From assembly GCA_043809245.1 (NCBI GenBank), contig JAZDDZ010000008.1:21278-85277 (forward strand): 64,000 nt of DNA. The letters are read 5' to 3'. Below the pieces are notes generated by a model. That model was not told the DNA's origin, ran no database searches, and worked only from the letters and a program-made list of their open reading frames with translations. The first letter of the stretch is position 1; every line of letters begins with the position of its first letter. The DNA is from Candidatus Iainarchaeum sp. (GTDB taxonomy: Archaea > Iainarchaeota > Iainarchaeia > Iainarchaeales > JAZDDZ01). The position numbers and the translations under genes were made by a program. Positions 37,440 through 46,320 of this stretch are shown in pieces.

Positions 37440-37497
37440 AATTAGCAATAAAAAGCTAATGGAACCTAATAAATTCAGCAAATTTTGAGGTGTTTTT

Positions 37498-39153
37498 TTG
37501 GATTCCCTTTCAATTGCACAGGCAGCGAAAATGCAGCCCATTGGCAAGATAGCGGAAAAAGCGGGAATTCCCGCTGAATTCTTGGAGCCTTACGGGAAAT
37601 TCAAGGCAAAAGTCGAATTGGAATTGCTTGAAAAGCTGAAGGAAAAAAAGAACGGAAAACTTGTATTGGTTACAGCCATCACGCCAACCAAAGCAGGAGA
37701 AGGAAAAACAACAACAACGATTGGATTGGCGCAAGGCCTTGCAAAGCACGGGGAAAAAGCAATGATTTGCCTGCGCGAACCCTCACTCGGACCTGTTTTT
37801 GGAATAAAAGGCGGGGCAACAGGCGGAGGCTATTCGCAGGTTCTGCCAATGGATGAAATTGACTTGCATTTCACCGGCGACCTTCACGCTGTAAGCGCAG
37901 CAAACAACCTTTTGAGCGCAATGATTGACAATCACTTGTTCCAAGGCAATGCATTGAATTTAGACCCAGAACGGATTTCATTCAAGCGAGTGGTGGACAT
38001 GAATGACCGCGCCCTCAGAAATATTAAAATCGGATTGAAAGGCCAGGGAATTGAAAGGGAAGAGTCATTCATGATAACCGTTGCCTCGGAGGTAATGGCT
38101 ATTCTCTGCCTTGCGGAAAATCTTTCCGATTTAAAGGAAAGGCTTGGAAAAATAATTGTCGGGCTAGACAAAAACGGAAAGCCTGTTACAGCAAAACAAT
38201 TGAAGGCAAACGGCGCAATGGCATTGCTGTTAAAGGACGCGTTAAAGCCAAACTTAGTGCAGTCAATTGAAGGTGTTCCCGCTTTCGTGCACGGCGGCCC
38301 TTTCGCGAACATAGCGCACGGCTGCAATTCCGTTGTCGCGACAAAAACTGCGTTAAAGCTGGCAGACATCGTGATAACCGAAGCCGGTTTCGGCGCTGAT
38401 TTGGGTGCGGAAAAATTTTTGGACATAAAATGCAGGAAAGCAAAGCTTGCGCCAAACGCGATTGTCTTGGTTGCAACCATTAGGGCGCTGAGAATGCACG
38501 GCGGCGCGGAAAATTATTCGGAAAAAAACCTTGCAGCGGTTGAAAAAGGCCTGCCGAACCTGGGAAGGCACATCGGCAATCTGAGGCAATACGGCGTTCC
38601 CCTTGTTGTCGCGATAAATCTTTTCAGCGGAAGCGATTCAGAGGAAGAAGTTGAAGCTGTGAAAAAATTCTGCGCATCAAAAGGAGTGAAAGGAATTCCT
38701 GCGGATGTATTCGGCAAGGGCGGAGAGGGCGCGAAAGAGCTTGCGGCCGCAGTAGTTGCCGCGGCAAAGGAAAAAAACGAGTTTAAATTAATTTATTCCG
38801 ACAGCCAGCCTGTAAGGGAAAAAATTGAAGCGATTGCAAAGAAAATTTATCACGCAAAAAGCGTTTCATTCACGGAAACCGCTGAGAAAAACCTTGCGGA
38901 GATTGAAGCAAACGGCTTCAATCACTTGCCTGTGTGCATGGCAAAAACACAGTACTCTTTCTCCGACAACCCAAAACTGTTGAATGCACCCGACGGGTTC
39001 ACGCTTACAATCACTGCGCTCCGCGTTTCCGCTGGAGCGGGTTTTGTGGTTGCATTGTGCGGCGACATAATGACAATGCCGGGCCTTGGGAAAATTCCTG
39101 CAGCGGAAAAAATAGACATAGACGAAAAGGGAAAGATTAGCGGGCTGTTTTAG
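37498..39153 (+). CDS. fhs: Formate-tetrahydrofolate ligase
   Basis: TPTKAGEGKTTT, KGGATGGG, HGGPFANIAHG, CMAKTQYS, TMPGL. Confidence 0.97.
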   Translation: MDSLSIAQAAKMQPIGKIAEKAGIPAEFLEPYGKFKAKVELELLEKLKEKKNGKLVLVTAITPTKAGEGKTTTTIGLAQGLAKHGEKAMICLREPSLGPVFGIKGGATGGGYSQVLPMDEIDLHFTGDLHAVSAANNLLSAMIDNHLFQGNALNLDPERISFKRVVDMNDRALRNIKIGLKGQGIEREESFMITVASEVMAILCLAENLSDLKERLGKIIVGLDKNGKPVTAKQLKANGAMALLLKDALKPNLVQSIEGVPAFVHGGPFANIAHGCNSVVATKTALKLADIVITEAGFGADLGAEKFLDIKCRKAKLAPNAIVLVATIRALRMHGGAENYSEKNLAAVEKGLPNLGRHIGNLRQYGVPLVVAINLFSGSDSEEEVEAVKKFCASKGVKGIPADVFGKGGEGAKELAAAVVAAAKEKNEFKLIYSDSQPVREKIEAIAKKIYHAKSVSFTETAEKNLAEIEANGFNHLPVCMAKTQYSFSDNPKLLNAPDGFTLTITALRVSAGAGFVVALCGDIMTMPGLGKIPAAEKIDIDEKGKISGLF

Positions 39154-39215
39154 GGCAAAAACCCCTCCAAAGAAAGGGTTATAAATTTAGGGGGGCATAA
39201 ATATATTAGGTATTT

Positions 39216-39488
39216 ATGGTGCCCGCAAAAAAAACGAAACTGGTTCACTATCCCACTTTGAAAACAGTCATCGCTATTGAGAACGCAGTAAAGAGTGCTG
39301 ATTTGGCTGTCAGCAGGAATGGGATTCTGCGAAGGCTTCCGACAAAAGTTATGCGTTCAACGCTTAACGTCTCCCTTGAATATCTTGAGAAAAGGGGCAT
39401 GCTTTTGGAGACCAAAAAAGGCTTTATCTGGACTTTTAACCCAAGCAAAAGGCTAGAGGAAGCAGAGCGCAGGGGCCTGGAATTTTAA
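39216..39488 (+). CDS. Winged-helix-like small protein (candidate antitoxin)
   Basis: HYPTLKTV...LP.KVM.STL...L.YLE..G.. Confidence 0.65.
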   Translation: MVPAKKTKLVHYPTLKTVIAIENAVKSADLAVSRNGILRRLPTKVMRSTLNVSLEYLEKRGMLLETKKGFIWTFNPSKRLEEAERRGLEF

Positions 39489-39551
39489 TTTTGGCACCGG
39501 AAACGCACTCCTCCGAAAAAATATTATCCTGCTTCCGCACCGAATTAATTC

Positions 39552-39950
39552 ATGCAAGCAAAAGAAATCAGGGTTAAGCTGCTTGATGAAGCGAAAGAAG
39601 AGTTTGAGCGCCTGGAGAAAATTGTGGGCGATGAAAAGGGGAAAGGGATTAACTCCTCGTTTCATCAGACACTTCTTAAGGGCATCAAAGAAAAAATTCG
39701 CATTCTTCGCGAAAACTGTGACGCAGGCATGCAGATAAGAAAAAAGCTGATTCCAAAAAAATACCTTGAAAAATTCAGTGTAACAAACCTTTGGAAGCTT
39801 AACCTGCCAAGCTATTGGAGAATGATTTACACGATAAGGCAGCCACAACACAAAGACATGGAAGTAGAGGTGCTCACAATTTTTCTGGATGTTGTTGACA
39901 TCCTAAACCACAAGCAATACAGCAAGATTTTTGGATATAGAAAGAAATAA
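39552..39950 (+). CDS. RelE-like protein (candidate toxin)
   Basis: NLWKLNLP.YWRMIYTI...DILNHKQY.KIFGY. Confidence 0.6.
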   Translation: MQAKEIRVKLLDEAKEEFERLEKIVGDEKGKGINSSFHQTLLKGIKEKIRILRENCDAGMQIRKKLIPKKYLEKFSVTNLWKLNLPSYWRMIYTIRQPQHKDMEVEVLTIFLDVVDILNHKQYSKIFGYRKK

Positions 39951-39960
39951 CCTGGCTGTT

Positions 39961-40734
39961 TTAAATCGCAGTCAGCTTCTGGAAAAATTGCGCGTTTTTT
40001 TCAACAAGTGAAACAAGCGCAAAAAAGAGTATTCCCCAAACCGATGCAGCGAGTATTGCCGCAAACATGAGCGGAATGTCAAGGTAGTAACTCGCATTCA
40101 CTATAACGAAACCCAATCCCGCACCTGAGCCTGTGAACTCGCCTATTATTGCGCCAACAACCGCAAGCGTTGAAGCTATTTTCAAAGAGGAAAAAATGAA
40201 AGGCATTGATGTCGGCAGCCTTAACTTGAAGAACTCGTCTTTCTTTGATGCTCCGAATGTCTGGAACAATTCAAGCTTTTCCTTTTCAACAATCTCCAAG
40301 CCTTCAACGGAATTAACGAGTATGGGAAAGAATGCGACAAGCGCAGCCATTACAATCATCGGGAGAACTGAACTGCCCAACCATAAGACAATCAGGGGCG
40401 CAAGAGCAACAAGAGGCGTTGCCTTCAATGCAATCGCGAAAGGGTAAAGCGTGTTTTTCGCGTTCTTTGAATAAACAAAAAGCATTGCAAGAAAAAAAGC
40501 AACCGCGAAACCCAGCATGAACCCAAGAACTGATTCAAATGCCGTTATGCCGAGGTTTGATAAAAGATAATTGCTGTCGGCAAGGGCTGCAGCCAATATG
40601 TCGCTTGGAGCAGGCAAGGTAATCCGGTTTATGCCGAAAAATTTTACTGAAAACTCCCATAATGCAAAAAATAATGCAAGAAAGAATGCCGGCAGGGCAA
40701 TGGCTTTCAGCTTTTCAGAACCGATTTTACCCAT
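39961..40734 (-). CDS. NitT/TauT family ABC permease
   Basis: LPAPSDI, TP.VALAP, GA...F.KLRLP.S.P, GEF.GSG.GLG. Confidence 0.92.
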   Translation of the reverse strand: MGKIGSEKLKAIALPAFFLALFFALWEFSVKFFGINRITLPAPSDILAAALADSNYLLSNLGITAFESVLGFMLGFAVAFFLAMLFVYSKNAKNTLYPFAIALKATPLVALAPLIVLWLGSSVLPMIVMAALVAFFPILVNSVEGLEIVEKEKLELFQTFGASKKDEFFKLRLPTSMPFIFSSLKIASTLAVVGAIIGEFTGSGAGLGFVIVNASYYLDIPLMFAAILAASVWGILFFALVSLVEKNAQFFQKLTAI

Positions 40735-41429
40735 TTGACATACCCCTGAAAAACCTGCGAATGCTTTATGCCAGCCAGCCTGGGTCTCGCGAGTGCAACG
40801 TGAATAACCTCTTTTACGCGGGCCGGCCTTTCAGACAAAACAACAACCCTGTCCGCTAGAAAAATTGCTTCCTCAATGTTGTGGGTCACAAAAACAATTG
40901 TTTTGCCGGTTTTAGCCCAGATTTTTGCAAGCGCAAGGTTCAGCTCTTCCCTTCCAAAATCATCAATTGCCGAGAAAGGCTCATCCATCAGGAGAATCTC
41001 CGGATTGCCAGCCAATGCCCTTGCAATAGCGGCCCGCTGCTGCATGCCACCGGAAAGCTGTTCAGGGATATACCCGCGAAAGGACTGCAAGTCAACAAGC
41101 TTAAGAAGCTTTTTAACATTCTTTTTTTTTCCGCTTATTTCAAGGGGAAGCACCACATTCTCTTCAACAGTTCTCCATTCAAGAAGATTTGGCTTTTGGA
41201 AAACAAACCCGACTTTTGGCTTTTTTTCATCACCACTGCTTACTGTTGACCCGCTGCTTGGCTTGACCAGGCCCGCAATGATTTTTAACAGCGTTGTCTT
41301 GCCGCAGCCGCTTGGCCCCACTACCGCGACAAATTCGCCTTCCTTCACATCAAGTGAAACATCTTCTATTGCGTCAAGCGATTCCTTATTTTGCTGGAAG
41401 CTCTTCGAAACGTTTCTGACATTGAGCAC
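40707..41429 (-). CDS. NitT/TauT family ABC ATP-binding protein
   Basis: GPSGCGKT, LSGGMQQR, MDEPF, VTHNIEEA. Confidence 0.94.
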   Translation of the reverse strand: MLNVRNVSKSFQQNKESLDAIEDVSLDVKEGEFVAVVGPSGCGKTTLLKIIAGLVKPSSGSTVSSGDEKKPKVGFVFQKPNLLEWRTVEENVVLPLEISGKKKNVKKLLKLVDLQSFRGYIPEQLSGGMQQRAAIARALAGNPEILLMDEPFSAIDDFGREELNLALAKIWAKTGKTIVFVTHNIEEAIFLADRVVVLSERPARVKEVIHVALARPRLAGIKHSQVFQGYVKWVKSVLKS

Positions 41430-41435
41430 ATAAAG

Positions 41436-42443
41436 TCACTGTCCGTAAATCCTGTCAAGGAAGTAAGTAGTATATGCCGCATTAACGTCAAACTGTTCCG
41501 CGATAAGCCCCTCGCCATTCATCCTGTTATAAGCGCGTTCAAACATTTCCCGGTTCATATAACCAATTCCATATTTTCCTTCAGGGCCAGGGAAAATAGA
41601 CGGGCTAATTATTGCAAAACGCTCCCTTTCAAGTTCAGGGTCAAGGTTTTTCTGCCTTTTTGCAAGGAACTGTATCGCCTCTTCCTCGTGGCTAAGAGAA
41701 TATTCAACTCCCTTAAGCGTTGCGCGCAAAAACTTTTCAACTACCTCAGGATGTTCTTTAATCATGTCCTCGCGCGTAAAAATAGTGTAGCCGTCAACAG
41801 CCATGCCATAATCCAGGGGGTTTATCACATTAACCTGCACACCCTCATGGGCTAAGTTGATAGCTGCATCGGTAATAAAGCACCATTCCGCATCAACCTG
41901 CCCTGAAATAAGGGGGGTATAATTGTATCCGCCCACATCAACCTCCGTAAAATTTTCTACACCTTCCTGGTGAAGCAAGGCACGGATAATGTCAGTGGAT
42001 ATGTGACCGTAAAAGAGGCCTATGCGCTTTCCCTCCAACTGCGACACTTGGGTTATCCCGGAATCCTTCAGTGTCGCAATGCATGGAAAAGTCTTGTCGT
42101 GGTGCAGAACCGCGATTGCCACAATTGGCGCGCCCTTTGAGCGCGCAACAAGCAGCGTGTCAGGCCCTCCAAGAATCCCAACGTCATCAGCGCCTGAAAC
42201 AACCATCTTCACAGGGTTCAGTTCAGGTGTGCCGCCATTATAAGTGACGTCAAGCCCCTCATCAGCATAGTAATTAAGGTCAAGGGCAGAGGCAAAACCC
42301 CCAAAAAACGCATTCCAGACAGGGATTGGAAGCCTGGCGCTTGTCTTATAGTATTCGCTTTTGTTTTCCGGCGCCACAGGGCAGCCAAGCAACAAAAGAA
42401 ACAGCGTGAAAGCAACAGCCAGAACTATACTTGTTTTACTTAT
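41436..42443 (-). CDS. NMT1/THI5-like substrate-binding lipoprotein
   Basis: YY.DEGLDV, LEGKRIG, LISGQVDA; lipoprotein signal is complete only if translation starts at ATA 42443. Confidence 0.85.
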   Translation of the reverse strand: MSKTSIVLAVAFTLFLLLLGCPVAPENKSEYYKTSARLPIPVWNAFFGGFASALDLNYYADEGLDVTYNGGTPELNPVKMVVSGADDVGILGGPDTLLVARSKGAPIVAIAVLHHDKTFPCIATLKDSGITQVSQLEGKRIGLFYGHISTDIIRALLHQEGVENFTEVDVGGYNYTPLISGQVDAEWCFITDAAINLAHEGVQVNVINPLDYGMAVDGYTIFTREDMIKEHPEVVEKFLRATLKGVEYSLSHEEEAIQFLAKRQKNLDPELERERFAIISPSIFPGPEGKYGIGYMNREMFERAYNRMNGEGLIAEQFDVNAAYTTYFLDRIYGQ

Positions 42444-42487
42444 AAGCCCACCTGTACATAAAGCTGCACACAGAATAAATAAAATAA

Positions 42488-42510
42488 AGTAGTCCAGTTA
42501 CTGGAGAACT
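42488..42510. promoter_or_regulatory. Inverted repeat AGT-AG-TCCAGT-T-ACTGGA-GA-ACT, candidate TrmB operator
   Basis: Between divergent ABC operon and TrmB gene, next to ATTTAAG TATA-like box. Confidence 0.55.
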
Positions 42511-42538
42511 ATTTAAGCATTTCGGTTCTTTTTTTGGT

Positions 42539-43303
42539 ATGGACACTTCATTTCTTGAGGAAATCGGCCTGACAAGGGGCGAGTCAAAGGTTTACCTTTC
42601 CCTGCTTGAAATAGGGGCCACAACCGCCGGGCCACTTATTTCGCGTTGCGGCATCCAGAAATCCGCGGTTTACTTCTGCCTGGAAAGCCTTATTGGAAAG
42701 GGGCTTGTGACTTACATAACAAAAAACAATGTCAAGAATTTTGAGGCTGCATCGCCCCAAAGGCTTCTTGATTTTCTTGAAACGCAGGAAAAGGGGATAA
42801 AAAAACAGAAGGAAAAAGCGCAGAAGGTTATCCCGAACCTTTTCGCAAAAATGAATGTGGCTGAAAAGAAAAGCGCTGCAAAAATCTTTGAGGGCTGGAA
42901 CGGAATGAAAAGCGCCTTTGATGACATACTGCATAGTTCCGGCCCAAAAGACGAATACCTGATTTACAGCGTCTGCGTTGAACCCGCGGTTCTGCCAAGG
43001 TTCCGGAGGCTTATCGGCAAATTTCATTCCTCCAGATACAGGAAAAGAATTCCCGCCAAGATTATAATCGGCGCCGAGCTGAAAAATTCCATTGGAAAAG
43101 ACCGTTCCAGAGAACCGTTCACGGAGATAAGGTATCTGCCAAAGGAATTGACAACACCCGCGGCAATAAATGTTTACGCTGACAAAATGCTTCTGGCGAT
43201 TTGGACAAAAGAGCCCTCCGCACTGCTGATTGAAAACAAAAGCGTTTCAGATTCTTTCAGGAACTATTTTAAAGCACTCTGGGCCAGTGCAAAGAAAGGG
43301 TAA
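42539..43303 (+). CDS. TrmB family transcriptional regulator
   Basis: IGLTRGESKVYLSLL.IG, L..KGLV, FEG..GMK effector domain. Confidence 0.9.
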   Translation: MDTSFLEEIGLTRGESKVYLSLLEIGATTAGPLISRCGIQKSAVYFCLESLIGKGLVTYITKNNVKNFEAASPQRLLDFLETQEKGIKKQKEKAQKVIPNLFAKMNVAEKKSAAKIFEGWNGMKSAFDDILHSSGPKDEYLIYSVCVEPAVLPRFRRLIGKFHSSRYRKRIPAKIIIGAELKNSIGKDRSREPFTEIRYLPKELTTPAAINVYADKMLLAIWTKEPSALLIENKSVSDSFRNYFKALWASAKKG

Positions 43304-43317
43304 ATAAGCGGGCGGTT

Positions 43318-43542
43318 TTAACCAATAAGTTCCATAAATTTTATTTTATCCATTTTCAAGTCTTGCTTGATTATTTTGTTTAAGAGGCCAGCGCCAATTG
43401 GCTCATTGCCATGAATCGGAACCGATGTTTTTCTTCCATCAGCATGCACAAAGCGATGATGGCTTCCTTTTATCCGGGTTTGTTCAAAACCGAGTTTTTT
43501 GAGCACAGCAGTTAACTCTTTTGGTGTTACCTGCTTCGGCAA
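43318..43542 (-). CDS. hicA: HicA toxin
   Basis: LKKLGF..RIKGSH..F.H.DGR...VP.H. Confidence 0.92.
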   Translation of the reverse strand: MPKQVTPKELTAVLKKLGFEQTRIKGSHHRFVHADGRKTSVPIHGNEPIGAGLLNKIIKQDLKMDKIKFMELIG

Positions 43543-43760
43543 GGGGGCACCTCAAGCATTTGTATTCCGACAAATTCGGTTTTGGGCGCTTCCTTTTGCT
43601 CTTCAAGGCAAAGCTCAATTACTTCTTTAGCCCTTTTAAGCAACTTATCCATTGTCTTTGCCTGGGTATGGCAGCCCTGTAATTCAGGGACATCCGCAAC
43701 AAGCCAGCCTTCTTCATCTCTTTCTATCAGGACAGTAAAAATCCTTTTCTCCAAAGCCAT
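43527..43760 (-). CDS. hicB: HicB antitoxin (short form)
   Basis: ERDEEGW.VA.VPEL.GCHTQA.T...L. Confidence 0.92.
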   Translation of the reverse strand: MALEKRIFTVLIERDEEGWLVADVPELQGCHTQAKTMDKLLKRAKEVIELCLEEQKEAPKTEFVGIQMLEVPPCRSR

Positions 43761-43821
43761 AACATCACACTAACTTAATATTTCAATTAATTTAAATTCA
43801 TTGCCTTTTGCATGAACGGCT

Positions 43822-44397
43822 TCAAAATTCAACCTTCACCTGTTTTTTTGTGTTGGCTGAATTGAAGTCAAGCTCTTCGGCTTTTTTTATCACAAACTCA
43901 CATTCCTTGTCGTTGAGCGCAGAGCATTTCACTTCAACGCACTCCATTTCGGTTTTGAATGTGTGGCTGAACAGGCCGGCAAAAACACCGCGCAGGAAGT
44001 GGTCAACTGGCTGCTTGGCTTTTCCGTGCAATGCGGATGCAACAGGCGAATTCGCAACCGTAATTATTGCGCGCTTTTTTGCGGAGTCAAAGTCCTGCGG
44101 CTGCAAATGCCCCCAGCCAGAAGCCTCAATGAAATCCTCAACAAGCTTTACCGCTTTCTCTCCCTGCAAGCCAAAGTCAACGCCGAACTGTTTGAGAAGC
44201 TTTTCTTCAGTGGCCTTCTTGAAAGCATAATATACTTCCTTATTGAGGTCGTCGTTTTCCATCGCAGCCAAGCCAACCATTAATTCAGTCGGAACAATCA
44301 CGAATGGAATGTTCACAAGAAAAAAATTTGAATGCTTGTATTTCAAGGCACCAGTAAAAACAAACTTGTCCAGAAAAGGGTTAAGCAATTCAATCAA
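43822..44397 (-). CDS. V4R (4-vinyl reductase) domain protein
   Basis: SGWG, RGVFAG, C.EVKC.A....C.F. Confidence 0.82.
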   Translation of the reverse strand: MIELLNPFLDKFVFTGALKYKHSNFFLVNIPFVIVPTELMVGLAAMENDDLNKEVYYAFKKATEEKLLKQFGVDFGLQGEKAVKLVEDFIEASGWGHLQPQDFDSAKKRAIITVANSPVASALHGKAKQPVDHFLRGVFAGLFSHTFKTEMECVEVKCSALNDKECEFVIKKAEELDFNSANTKKQVKVEF

Positions 44398-44704
44398 CCT
44401 TCAATGCAAGTATTTGGTCGATTGTCCTGTATTTTTCAACCTTTAGCGGCCAGACAATCAAGGCATTGCCAACGCGCTTTGAAAGCACAAGCCTTTTGTC
44501 CACGAGTTTTTTCAGGTAGTAGGCGTACTTTGTTGAAGCGCGCTTCTTGTGCTCCCGCGAAGAAACATCCTCGCTGAAATGTTCCGCGAGCTCAAGCGAG
44601 GAGATAGGCCAGTGATTGCAGATGATTTCAAAGATGCGCCTCTCGGAGGCGCTCAATCCACTGAAATCAAGCGCCTCATCTGCCATGCCAGAAAATTCAG
44701 CCAT
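44390..44704 (-). CDS. Winged-helix regulator-like protein
   Basis: LSASERRIF, P.SSLELA, YYLKKLV.K.LV.SKRVG; start may be at 44686. Confidence 0.7.
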   Translation of the reverse strand: MAEFSGMADEALDFSGLSASERRIFEIICNHWPISSLELAEHFSEDVSSREHKKRASTKYAYYLKKLVDKRLVLSKRVGNALIVWPLKVEKYRTIDQILALKVD

Positions 44705-44751
44705 AACCGGTAAAAGATAGGCTTTAGAGGTATATTAATGTTATGTTGAGG

Positions 44752-44763
44752 CTGGCATGCCAG
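44752..44763. promoter_or_regulatory. Palindrome CTGGCATGCCAG with a second copy at 44679-44692
   Basis: Two copies flank a TATA-like box (44731-44739) of the wHTH-V4R operon. Confidence 0.6.
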
Positions 44764-44779
44764 AAGTAAATCTGTTCTT

Positions 44780-45292
44780 TTAAAGAATCACTGGAACATT
44801 GAACATTTTCCCTAACTCACGAAATTCATTTTCTGAAATAGAGAGGTAATAAAATTCCTCCAACATCCCAATATAGATATGAGGGGTTGGATTTACCTCA
44901 GTCTCATCTGCAAACACAAAAATTGGATGAAAACGACCAAATAATTTTTCCGCCTTTATTTCTTTCAATTGGCTTTTGACAATTTTTTCCGCATAACCAA
45001 AAAAAATTAACTGCATTCTTGGTCTTCTGATAACCCATTGTCGCATGGAATAATCAAAGAAAATAGTTATTTCTAAAAAATGAGCTAGAACGGTTACAGA
45101 AAAAAGTAAAAAAATAACAAGAATCCAAAAAAAAATCTCATGCCATTGCATCAAGATGCCTTCTTGAAACCGATTATACCCTGCAAAGAAAAGCAGTATA
45201 AAAGTAGAAACAACAAACAATACAACGTTGAAAACCCGAATATTTAAATCCTCTTTAATAATCGCTTTGTTCCCTTCGAATTTCAGCGCCAT
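44780..45292 (-). CDS. Hypothetical membrane protein
   Basis: Two TM helices plus soluble tail; AT-rich. Confidence 0.6.
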   Translation of the reverse strand: MALKFEGNKAIIKEDLNIRVFNVVLFVVSTFILLFFAGYNRFQEGILMQWHEIFFWILVIFLLFSVTVLAHFLEITIFFDYSMRQWVIRRPRMQLIFFGYAEKIVKSQLKEIKAEKLFGRFHPIFVFADETEVNPTPHIYIGMLEEFYYLSISENEFRELGKMFNVPVIL

Positions 45293-45345
45293 AACAATCA
45301 ACAATTGCAGAAAGGTTTTTAATTGCCTGATTCGTTTATTTCCTT

Positions 45346-46320
45346 ATGGTGGAGATTTTAACGCTTGACATGCACACGCATTTGAATGAGAAAAAAACCA
45401 AGCCAAAGGCTTTCTGGGAGCGCGTGCAGGAAATCGGCCTTAGCGGCGTTGCAATTACAGAGCATGCAAACTTTAACCCCGGGCTTGCGTTTGAAAAGCT
45501 TGAGGCTGAAAGGCCTGAGGGCATTTTTTTGATTCCTGGAATGGAAATAAACTGCGCTTCGGGGCACATGCTTGCTTTTTCTTCAACGCCGGAGCTTTAT
45601 GAAATTGAGGCTTTGCGGGGAAAAAATGTTTCACTTGAAAAACTTTTGGAGGAAAGGGATAGGCATGGCTTTTTGCTTGCGGTTGCTCATCCCTGGGGTT
45701 TAAGCTATGACAGCATAGGCTATGCCTTTGGCGCCGATGCAATAGAGGAATTGGTTCAGGAGAACGGCTTAGGCGTGGAAACCTATAACGGCATGATTGG
45801 GCATTTGAGCAACTTCATTTATGATTCAAACTGGGTGAGGAAGCCAGTCAACTTTTTCGACTTTTTGGAAAAAAACCGCGTGGCAAGGAAAACAGGGCTT
45901 GCAAGGCTCGGGAGAGGGATGAAAAGCAGGATTGACAAGAGGTGCTTTGACGTAATCCATCGCTGCGCAAAGGCAGTTGAATTGGGAAGCGTTGCGTCTT
46001 TTGTCACAGCGGGAAGCGATGCCCACAGCGCTGAAAGGATTGGCTCGGGAATACTGAAAATTAAAACCGGAAGGGCAGTTGATTCAGTTGAAGCGCTCCT
46101 GGAAGAGATCCGGAAAAAAGAGCAGGTAATATGGGCAGGCCCGCTTGTAAGGGAGATAAAGAAAGGCGTTTACGAAAAAATCGACGACCCCCTGCGCAGA
46201 AAAGAAATAATCCAGGGCGTCGGATACGCTGCAAGGAAAGCCATCGGCAGGGTTTCGCTTAAGGAGAAAATTGTTTCAAGGCTTCACAGGAAAAAAAAGA
46301 AATCAAAGCAAGTGCCCTAA
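45346..46320 (+). CDS. PHP domain metal-dependent phosphoesterase
   Basis: DMHTH, AITEH, PGMEI...GH, AHP, VETYN, GSDAH. Confidence 0.88.
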   Translation: MVEILTLDMHTHLNEKKTKPKAFWERVQEIGLSGVAITEHANFNPGLAFEKLEAERPEGIFLIPGMEINCASGHMLAFSSTPELYEIEALRGKNVSLEKLLEERDRHGFLLAVAHPWGLSYDSIGYAFGADAIEELVQENGLGVETYNGMIGHLSNFIYDSNWVRKPVNFFDFLEKNRVARKTGLARLGRGMKSRIDKRCFDVIHRCAKAVELGSVASFVTAGSDAHSAERIGSGILKIKTGRAVDSVEALLEEIRKKEQVIWAGPLVREIKKGVYEKIDDPLRRKEIIQGVGYAARKAIGRVSLKEKIVSRLHRKKKKSKQVP

